In this document: positions 56,857 to 63,707 of the stretch, one piece after another | How the letters are laid out: each line of letters starts with the position of its first letter | How positions within the stretch are numbered: position 1 is the first letter of the stretch | IMG/VR virus record: IMGVR_UViG_3300017782_000012 | Location: 1 to 63,707 of that record | Direction: 5' to 3' (one strand) | Source: a virus | Taxonomy: Duplodnaviria; Caudoviricetes | DNA length: 63,707 nt | Translations under genes and position numbers: made by a program | Notes under the pieces: model-generated | Database searches by the model: none | What the model was told of the DNA's origin: nothing | Seen by the model: only the letters and a program-made list of their open reading frames with translations

Positions 56857-58722
56857 TTAAGAAATAAACATTGGGGTGAAAGTTTCTGTAACTGAAGACC
56901 CATTATCCTCTAACATATCGAAGTAAACATTCATGGCCCAGTTACCTAGAACCAAGGCAGAATATGAATCTTTCCGGGCTTTATCGGCTCCCCGCTGCTT
57001 CCTTAAGTTGGGCGGGAGATCAAAACTCTGTGTCCCTTGTGGAGATGTGGTAACCTGCACTAAAGCACATTGTACTTTCATAAGATCCATCATATCTCTC
57101 TGATGCTCTACAAAATCGATCATCTTAGCTCCCTTATTCTTTTCTTCCGCATCTTGATTTCTCAAGAACTTTAAATTCTCAATGGGGATATTAGCTTTTC
57201 TCTGTAAGTTGTAGTTCTCATCCATAGCTGAACCAGCGAAGAATATCCGTTTATGATCAAATGCAGATTGCAAGCTCTCATTAGCGAAACGAATCCATGT
57301 AGAACTAGGCTTCCTTAAGAACACATATTTTCTAGAAGATTTATCTATTGAGTTCTTTAACTGCCTAATCCCTTTCTGATAATCTTTCGGGTTATCTAAT
57401 TCAGCTTCTACAGTATCTATTTTTAATTTTTCTTTTTTAAATATGCCGCTTTCCTTACACGCGCTCAAAAACTGGACACCTCCATTGTAGTCACCTACAA
57501 CCATCTCAATATTGAAGTTAGTTAACAGATATGCCATATATCTTATGTGTGTTTGTAAGCTAGAGCCAGAAACAGCATAGCTATGCACTACAGTACCCTT
57601 TCTAGTGTCTGGGTGGACTTTTATTACAAGTATAGCAAAATCATCTGAGCTTTCGCTCTCAGACCAAGAAGGGTCAAATGCCAATATGTATTTCGAGGAG
57701 GGGTCTCCAATGACCTCAACACATTGACCTTCTCCATCAGGAATAGTACAAGAAGCCATTTTACTAACTTTGAAGTAACCAGAACTATCATCTGTAAACA
57801 CAGCTCCAAACTCTCGATCAAACTGAGATTGACTCATTGTTGATTTAGATTGATTAATCAAATTTTGATCATATAGCTGGTCAGGGGCGCAATCATAACT
57901 AAAATGCATAATCACACGATGAGCGCCGTCTTGCTTGTTCTCATTAATGATTAAGCTCTCATATTGTTGATAAAGCTTATAAAGGTATTCAAATTTGTAG
58001 GATGCAGAAGATAAACCAATAATTTTGTTATTTGGCCAACGAGTCCTTTCGCTTTCCTCCATCTCCCCCTCTTCGATCATCTTCGTCTCTATATCATACG
58101 TTTCTTGGCGCTCAGTTGGATTCTCAACAACAGATAGGAATGGCATGATAACCTCGTTGAAAATCTTCTCAGGCATCAGGAGAAGCTCATCTATGATCAT
58201 TCTCTGGAATCGGAAGCCTCGCAGCTTTTCTCCATCACCCAAAGGCAACGCTCTGATACTACTAGTGCCTATTTCCATAACCCATTCATCATTCATTTTA
58301 GATGTCCTAGTTATGCATTGAGATAGAAACTCTGCTTTAGGGCTTTTAGCAATATCCTCAATCTTTTTGAAAATCATCTTAGCCTGACGAAAAGACTTGG
58401 ATATGATACCTATCTGAACTCCTTGGTTCATAATAGCATCTAAGATAGCAAATACAGCAGTTGAGAATGATTTACTCATGCCTCGACTCCAGATTCCTAA
58501 AAAGTAGTCTGTTTCCATCATAGATTTGATGGCCATATGCTGAAAGGGAAATAACTTCACACCTGTGAATAACTCACAAGTGAATGAAGGATTATCCCTA
58601 AGAAATTTATATAGAAGGAGTTTAGCCTCTCCTTCTTCGATATAACCTTCTTTTGAAAGAACCTCTTGGTTTACTTTCTTGAATTTCTTGTAGAGTTCCT
58701 GATTCCCGTCTATCCAAGCCAT
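56857..58722 (-). CDS. terL: Terminase large subunit
   Basis: LFPFQ, SRGMSKS Walker A, LRGFR..MIIDE Walker B, LSSA, LAFDPS and KDSYSA RNase H-like nuclease motifs. Confidence 0.88.
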   Translation of the reverse strand: MAWIDGNQELYKKFKKVNQEVLSKEGYIEEGEAKLLLYKFLRDNPSFTCELFTGVKLFPFQHMAIKSMMETDYFLGIWSRGMSKSFSTAVFAILDAIMNQGVQIGIISKSFRQAKMIFKKIEDIAKSPKAEFLSQCITRTSKMNDEWVMEIGTSSIRALPLGDGEKLRGFRFQRMIIDELLLMPEKIFNEVIMPFLSVVENPTERQETYDIETKMIEEGEMEESERTRWPNNKIIGLSSASYKFEYLYKLYQQYESLIINENKQDGAHRVIMHFSYDCAPDQLYDQNLINQSKSTMSQSQFDREFGAVFTDDSSGYFKVSKMASCTIPDGEGQCVEVIGDPSSKYILAFDPSWSESESSDDFAILVIKVHPDTRKGTVVHSYAVSGSSLQTHIRYMAYLLTNFNIEMVVGDYNGGVQFLSACKESGIFKKEKLKIDTVEAELDNPKDYQKGIRQLKNSIDKSSRKYVFLRKPSSTWIRFANESLQSAFDHKRIFFAGSAMDENYNLQRKANIPIENLKFLRNQDAEEKNKGAKMIDFVEHQRDMMDLMKVQCALVQVTTSPQGTQSFDLPPNLRKQRGADKARKDSYSALVLGNWAMNVYFDMLEDNGSSVTETFTPMFIS

Positions 58723-59638
58723 TTTTTTCTAATTCTTTTTCCCAAAAATATTGTAAATCAACTTTCCAAAGTTTTTTACCACAGTGGAGGATCTTGGGTA
58801 TTAATTCCTCACTATCTTTCCTAGAACCACTGAACACAAATTGACAGCAGTCACTAAATTGTTCCTCAATAGCCCGAAGGCGACTGAAAACATACTTCAT
58901 ATTAAATTTTTTATAAACTGACTGATTTATTTTAAAAAGATCTCTATAATCAGCCTCAACAACAATAAATAAATAACACCCCAAACTCTTACACCGTTCT
59001 ATCTCTCTCAGAAACCTATCATAACCATTTGTCACTGTAGCTGCAAAGTCACTAAAGGATTTACGTTCAACGTGAGTATATGTATAGTTTTGTGGGGGCA
59101 GAGTATAATCACCAAAGTCTAATTTATGAATAAGAGAGTTTTCGAAAGACAAAGGTTTATTCTCCCTAGTATCGATCCATATTTCCGCATTATTACAATT
59201 TTCAAAAAACTCCTTACACAAATTTTTATTATATGCTGGCTCAACCCCTAACGTATCACACAATGCCGTGTAACTGCCGAAAAGTTTCTTGATTATGTCT
59301 AACGTTGGCCAATCCCCAGTCTTGAGGTATAAACTAGATGGACCGTGTCTTAGGTTCTTTTTCTCTAGTCGTTTTTGAAATTTCTCCAATACATATTTTT
59401 TTGTTTCATCTTCTGGGGCTTGAAGACACCAACGCCTCATATTTTCAGGACTATTGAAGTCCATAGAAAAATACTGTTTCGCATTTTTAAATTCTATAGG
59501 CTTCTCTGTAAGTTTGTCAAAACGTGGGTAATGTTTGACGTAATACTCACCAAGGAGCATATTATGCGCTTTAATGTGCATATGAAGCCCTCTCTGCGAT
59601 TCAAAGGTCTTTCCGCACTCTTGACATTCAAATTGCAT
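58622..59638 (-). CDS. C2H2 zinc finger plus ERCC4/XPF-family nuclease
   Basis: CQECGKTF...LHMHIKAH; IWIDTRE, LDFGDY, VERKSFSDF, RFLREIER. Confidence 0.82.
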   Translation of the reverse strand: MQFECQECGKTFESQRGLHMHIKAHNMLLGEYYVKHYPRFDKLTEKPIEFKNAKQYFSMDFNSPENMRRWCLQAPEDETKKYVLEKFQKRLEKKNLRHGPSSLYLKTGDWPTLDIIKKLFGSYTALCDTLGVEPAYNKNLCKEFFENCNNAEIWIDTRENKPLSFENSLIHKLDFGDYTLPPQNYTYTHVERKSFSDFAATVTNGYDRFLREIERCKSLGCYLFIVVEADYRDLFKINQSVYKKFNMKYVFSRLRAIEEQFSDCCQFVFSGSRKDSEELIPKILHCGKKLWKVDLQYFWEKELEKNGLDRRESGTLQEIQESKPRGSFKRRLYRRRRG

Positions 59639-60677
59639 CGTCTTTGCTTATACCTAAGATTCTAGCCTTCCACTCTGCCATACCCTCCATCCGCTCGGCT
59701 TCTTCTTTAATTAATTTTTTCTGCATCTCTGCCATACGAACCATGTTCTTTCGTTCCTCCTCTTCTTGGAACATATGAACGATAGCTAAAAACGAAGCGT
59801 TGTCTTTTTGGTTCTTCTTCATGCGTTCCGCACGGTCACCCTGAAGTTTTTTCGTCAAATTCTCAATGCGGGTCTCACATTGATGATATTCTTGTGATTT
59901 AGCTTTGATAATCTCAGCTAGCCGGACAGTCATTTCAGTTTGATCGTCTGCGACATCGAACATATCATTAAGTTTATTAAGATGCGCTGAAACAACCTCT
60001 AAGTTAATAACTTCTTTACATACGTTTAAGTATAGATTGAGTTCGTCAGCGGTCAAATCGGGCTTATCCCAACTTAATCGGATGAACTCCTGTTCGAACA
60101 ACTCCCTGTCTTGCTTGTTTAAATAATTATTGATGATTTTTAAAAATCTGCTATTGGACAAGTTGATGCGAAGTTTCTCTATACAAATTTGTTTTTGCCT
60201 ATTTAATTTACTTTCTTCTAGACCTATACCTGTAGCATCATTTATTTTCTTTACGATCCTACTAGCGCTTTTCGGTGATGAATAATCATTGACCGCGCCA
60301 GACTCTTGCGATGGAACAAAATCAGGGTTTATCTCATGAATATAAGAAAGCACTGTTCTCTGCTCATTACTTAAAGGTTTTATTTGTTTTTGGGGGAATA
60401 TAAGCTTCGCTATCTCAAGGGAGGACAAACCTTCTTGCGCTTGATCCAATATGAATTCTTTTTGTTGATCTGTTAAGTCTATCTTGTCTGTTGGCGCTCT
60501 GGCTGTTGTTTTATAATCAATATCATTCTCAATCAAAAACTTTCTCACAGCTCTCCCCTCTTTGTTGCGGCCATCTAATTTATCATCTTTGAAGCATTTT
60601 TGTGTCAAATCATTAAGGTCCAACATATCTTTCGCGTTTTCCTCCAAAAATTTCTGCTGTTCTTTTGTTAATTTCAT
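59628..60677 (-). CDS. Hypothetical HTH/coiled-coil protein (candidate terminase small subunit)
   Basis: Repeated LTxxQxxF(L/I) helices, GLSSLEIAKLIF HTH-like segment, C-terminal coiled coil; upstream of TerL. Confidence 0.5.
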   Translation of the reverse strand: MKLTKEQQKFLEENAKDMLDLNDLTQKCFKDDKLDGRNKEGRAVRKFLIENDIDYKTTARAPTDKIDLTDQQKEFILDQAQEGLSSLEIAKLIFPQKQIKPLSNEQRTVLSYIHEINPDFVPSQESGAVNDYSSPKSASRIVKKINDATGIGLEESKLNRQKQICIEKLRINLSNSRFLKIINNYLNKQDRELFEQEFIRLSWDKPDLTADELNLYLNVCKEVINLEVVSAHLNKLNDMFDVADDQTEMTVRLAEIIKAKSQEYHQCETRIENLTKKLQGDRAERMKKNQKDNASFLAIVHMFQEEEERKNMVRMAEMQKKLIKEEAERMEGMAEWKARILGISKDDAI

Positions 60678-61354
60678 TTTTTCGGGTCTTCTTGTTTCAA
60701 TATCGATATCGCCATTTCTTGAAATTTATTCTTTAGATTCTTAACCTGACGGTATCCCGTCTTGCGGGTCGCGTCTGTGATCTTGTATCCCATGAAAATA
60801 GCAATATCCTCCTCAGAACATTCCTCAAAGTATAACATATGATATGCAGTAAAATGTTTTTCGCTAAGTCTGTTTCGCATTTCCTGATTCAACTTGTCAA
60901 TGTGGCCATCATAATCAAAATGAGAATTACACCTAACATTGCCGATTGAGTCAGTTTCATCCAAACTCCCGGCTGTTTTAAGCTCTAAGCCATATTTTTT
61001 CTTTTTTGACCATTTAGCAAAATCTTTACAGCTAACATCTTGATTACCACTCTTTGTTTTGGCGCACAACTCATCTCTAGCGTGTATGCATGTAGAACAA
61101 GGCTTTATATAGGAACCATAATGATTCCTTATAAGATTCCACATCCTATTGGTAATAACTCGACTCAACCAAGGCTCAAGAGGTCTCGTCTGATCCCACA
61201 TGTGCCACTTCTGGGCAATATGAGATTTTACAACCTGCTCTACGTCTTCAAAATCAAACCACTTAATTGCATCTAAGCGCCATCTAGATTTTTGCTTTTT
61301 TACAGCTAGGTCTATTAGATCTTGGAAGTCTTCATATTTTTTCTTTTCGTCCAT
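60674..61354 (-). CDS. Sigma-70-like factor with a Cys4 insert
   Basis: FEDVEQ...WDQTRPLEPWLSRVITNRMWNLIR (region 2); CSTC..C..C insert; SEEDIAIFMGY (region 4). Confidence 0.72.
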   Translation of the reverse strand: MDEKKKYEDFQDLIDLAVKKQKSRWRLDAIKWFDFEDVEQVVKSHIAQKWHMWDQTRPLEPWLSRVITNRMWNLIRNHYGSYIKPCSTCIHARDELCAKTKSGNQDVSCKDFAKWSKKKKYGLELKTAGSLDETDSIGNVRCNSHFDYDGHIDKLNQEMRNRLSEKHFTAYHMLYFEECSEEDIAIFMGYKITDATRKTGYRQVKNLKNKFQEMAISILKQEDPKK

Positions 61355-61674
61355 TAAGGATTGGAAGTAAATTCATCTAAGCCATATGAACCCTTCCCCT
61401 TAAAGTCTGGCGGTGTGTTTTGTCCTGCTAGAGAACCAATAGTAAAAGATTTATTATTATAAATTTCAACATCTAGACCCCGAATATCAGGGACAAATTC
61501 AGCATCAGTCTCATCATCAGAAACTGCAGATGCCTTTTTTCGAGCTGGCTCAGCAACTCTTGCGTTAGATTGACCTACAGAACCAAAATTTGCTCCGCAT
61601 TTGGAACAAAAATTAGGTTTTGCAAAATTATATTCAATCTTAACCCCACAATCAGAACAAAACATGTGACTCAT
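61354..61674 (-). CDS. Zinc-ribbon protein
   Basis: FCSDCG...PNFCSKCG; TATAAT 7 nt before ATG. Confidence 0.75.
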   Translation of the reverse strand: MSHMFCSDCGVKIEYNFAKPNFCSKCGANFGSVGQSNARVAEPARKKASAVSDDETDAEFVPDIRGLDVEIYNNKSFTIGSLAGQNTPPDFKGKGSYGLDEFTSNP

Positions 61675-61705
61675 CTCATTTATTATATTAGTAATGTATA
61701 TTTAT

Positions 61706-61711
61706 TACACT
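61706..61711 (-). promoter_or_regulatory. AGTGTA motif
   Basis: In the intergenic gap, 31 nt before ATG 61674. Confidence 0.45.
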
Positions 61712-61715
61712 ATTT

Positions 61716-62432
61716 TTAGCTTTCTAGCTTTTTAATAATGAATTTTAGTATTTTACTACGCACAATATCGCTTTCATTGAAGCTAAATGTATGAATCCCC
61801 ATGTCTTCCGACTCATCATCATCGAATTTGTTGAACATTGGGTTGAAACCGCTCTTTCCGTTGATATCACTTTGGAAAAAGTCACCGCCTATGATGATTT
61901 TACTGTCTTCTCCTATGCGAGTGATCAAAGTAGTTAACTCTTTCAAAGTAAAGTTCTGCGCTTCATCAGCGAAAACCAACTTATTCTGCCAACTAGCGCC
62001 CCGAAGGAAGTTTATTGGGACTGCAGATATCTTTCCTTTTTGTTTTAAGAAGGTCGCATCGCCGGGAGCGACTATTTCTTCCATTTTATCATAGAGAGGA
62101 CCAAGAAATGGGTCGAACTTCTCTGTAATATCTCCGGGTAGACTACCCAATCCCCTATCCGCACTCTCAGCGATACTTCGGACATATAAAATATCCTTAC
62201 TGAAGTCCTCTTCCATGAGTTTCAACATGCCATATAAGGACATGTAAGTCTTTGAGCTTCCCGCAGGACCAGACACGAAGATTATTTTCGAATCTTCACT
62301 CAATACTAACTCTAGAAACCGCTTTTGTTTGGGGCTGAATCTAAATCTCCTCTTATTAAACTTAATTGATCTCTCAAAATCCGCCATTAAGTCAAATGGA
62401 GCCTTCTCTTTCACCGCTTGTTTTCGGGCCAT
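61716..62432 (-). CDS. phoH: PhoH-family ATPase
   Basis: GPAGSSKT, LGSLPG, FLRGAS, DEAQN, TRIGE, GDFFQSD, DIVRS. Confidence 0.93.
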   Translation of the reverse strand: MARKQAVKEKAPFDLMADFERSIKFNKRRFRFSPKQKRFLELVLSEDSKIIFVSGPAGSSKTYMSLYGMLKLMEEDFSKDILYVRSIAESADRGLGSLPGDITEKFDPFLGPLYDKMEEIVAPGDATFLKQKGKISAVPINFLRGASWQNKLVFADEAQNFTLKELTTLITRIGEDSKIIIGGDFFQSDINGKSGFNPMFNKFDDDESEDMGIHTFSFNESDIVRSKILKFIIKKLES

Positions 62433-62445
62433 ATGTATTTATATA

Positions 62446-62451
62446 TACACT
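62446..62451 (-). promoter_or_regulatory. AGTGTA motif
   Basis: 13 nt before ATG 62432. Confidence 0.6.
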
Positions 62452-62455
62452 TATT

Positions 62456-63283
62456 TTAGAGAATTATCTCTCTAATTGTTGCTCTAGTCGATAAAGTGTC
62501 TCCTCCCTGTACAGAATACGACTCGCTGACCACATGCGCTCCAGCATTTACCAATAAATCAAAATCAACACTATTATAATTCAAACCCGCATTACTTACA
62601 TCATCTAACATCACCCCGAAATTACTCGTTAGCTTATTTCCACTAAAATCAATAAGAGAATTCAATCCTGTAGATTCCACGTCCATACTAACTTCCACCC
62701 CATCCACTAAATGACTCGACGCATATTGAGACCCTAATGTATAAACAGGCGTCCTGCTGAAAGTTTTATTATATGTTAAATTATTTACTAAATTACTAGA
62801 TACCACATTACCCGCATTAACCAACGTACAATCATGACCATAGATGATATCTGAAGTATTTAACGCATTATCAACATTGCTAGACACTAAACCTGTAATA
62901 CCACCCGCGCTTGGACTAAAACTTGTAAAACTTACGCTGCCCACCACGGGTTCAAAGGGTTTCACTGTCAAATTATAGCTATCAATAAAACAACCGCTGT
63001 ATTTATTGCCGCCAATATCCAAAAGCATTTCATTCGCGCCTGTATTATGATAATTATCAAACAAGAAGTCACACCCCGAATAATTATCCCCATCACTTCT
63101 CAACAAGAAATCAATGGAGATCTTACATTCCACATCCCCTATAAACCTCAATTGGTCGTCAGCGTTTATATTCGCGGCTAATTGCTTTTTCTCTTCATTT
63201 TGTGTACTAAAATCCACAGATACTCTCGTCCCCATCATAGGACTAGCCTCATCCACTACCACCGCCATATTCCGATATGTCAT
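62456..63283 (-). CDS. Tail-tube-like protein (dispersed paralog)
   Basis: CFIDSYNLTV.PF.PV, LTYNKTFSRTPVYTLGS and VVSESYSV resemble the other tube-like genes. Confidence 0.55.
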   Translation of the reverse strand: MTYRNMAVVVDEASPMMGTRVSVDFSTQNEEKKQLAANINADDQLRFIGDVECKISIDFLLRSDGDNYSGCDFLFDNYHNTGANEMLLDIGGNKYSGCFIDSYNLTVKPFEPVVGSVSFTSFSPSAGGITGLVSSNVDNALNTSDIIYGHDCTLVNAGNVVSSNLVNNLTYNKTFSRTPVYTLGSQYASSHLVDGVEVSMDVESTGLNSLIDFSGNKLTSNFGVMLDDVSNAGLNYNSVDFDLLVNAGAHVVSESYSVQGGDTLSTRATIREIIL

Positions 63284-63292
63284 ATCTTATGT

Positions 63293-63298
63293 TACACT
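63293..63298 (-). promoter_or_regulatory. AGTGTA motif
   Basis: 9 nt before ATG 63283. Confidence 0.7.
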
Positions 63299-63467
63299 TT
63301 TTTTTTGGTTTTTTTATTTTTACTTTATCCTACACCATCCACGCTCCTAATTAATGGGTGGGGGCCATTGAGAAATTGAAAATTGACTCCCCCCGCGACT
63401 TTGCGCTGTCAAGCATAAAGTTGTTTTTATTTTAATCGGGGGGGCTAAAAAATATAAAGAAAAAGCT

Positions 63468-63495
63468 TTTAAATGTGAGCTGCTTACTGTATACT
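63468..63495 (+). promoter_or_regulatory. Sigma70-like promoter, leaderless geometry
   Basis: TTTAAA-16-TATACT-6-ATG(63502). Confidence 0.5.
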
Positions 63496-63501
63496 ATGCC
63501 T

Positions 63502-63707
63502 ATGAAGAAACAAGAAGAGACGCAACCTTTTAACTACGCCAACGAAGATGGTGGAGGCATGAACAAGAGTTTATTCTTTCAGATTATGGATGAGGTTTTT
63601 GCTGGCAGTATGTATAAAGACATCGAAGACAAGTATGGTTCAGAGATCGCCAAGGAATATCTGAAGTATGGAGATGACAATGGTCACTTTGACTTTTTTA
63701 AGTTCGG
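63502..63707 (+). CDS. Hypothetical protein (partial, runs off the right edge; alternative start 63496)
   Basis: MKKQEETQPFNYANEDGGGMNKSLFFQIMDEVF... stays open to the window end. Confidence 0.65.
   Translation, partial: MKKQEETQPFNYANEDGGGMNKSLFFQIMDEVFAGSMYKDIEDKYGSEIAKEYLKYGDDNGHFDFFKF

Noticed and set aside
56845-56858. AACTTTTAAAAGTT palindrome between terL and portal
   Set aside because: Short and AT-rich, so plausible by chance
2054-62094. Many short antisense or nested ORFs in the track (for example 9118-9399, 16574-17107, 41598-42203, 51248-51958, 52916-53569)
   Set aside because: They lie opposite or within well-supported genes, lack motifs and start signals, and are explained by the codon bias of the real gene
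1-63707. Stop-codon reassignment
   Set aside because: Coding density is high with the standard code, and TAA, TAG and TGA all end genes at sensible boundaries
1-63707. Assignment of a host taxon, or tRNA genes
   Set aside because: No cloverleaf was found in the few intergenic gaps, and nothing visible supports a specific host without database comparison

Overview
This window is about 64 kb of a large tailed dsDNA bacteriophage genome (Caudoviricetes). It is probably siphovirus-like: it has a 2285-aa tape measure protein and several tail-tube-like genes, and no sheath is visible. I saw no rRNA, tRNA, CRISPR array or integrase. Left to right it holds: accessory and glycosyltransferase genes; a ClpA/C-type ATPase; a bacterial-like replisome (a family C DNA polymerase split into PHP, 3'-5' exonuclease and core genes, plus a RecB/Cas4-like nuclease, primase, DnaB and RecA); an 8-kb nucleotide-sugar cassette; class I RNR; a plus-strand sigma/SSB/GT/Hsp20 block; tail, neck and head modules; and a packaging block (portal, TerL, ERCC4 nuclease, a second sigma factor, PhoH). 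Four patterns read directly from the DNA stand out. (1) There appear to be two promoter classes: sigma70-like -35/-10 sites placed for leaderless starts, and a phage-specific (A)GTGTA motif ahead of 14 genes, six of them exactly 9 nt from ATG. A bipartite ATTTCACA-N15-TGTAA variant precedes the tail-tube gene and an internal scaffold start. (2) The tape measure carries a nuclease-like domain bracketed by AAxG(Y/F)IPNF repeats. (3) The tube and Dit-like proteins are internally duplicated. (4) There is a Whirly-like protein and a GT9 enzyme split across two genes. All product calls come from motif recognition by eye; no database searches were run.
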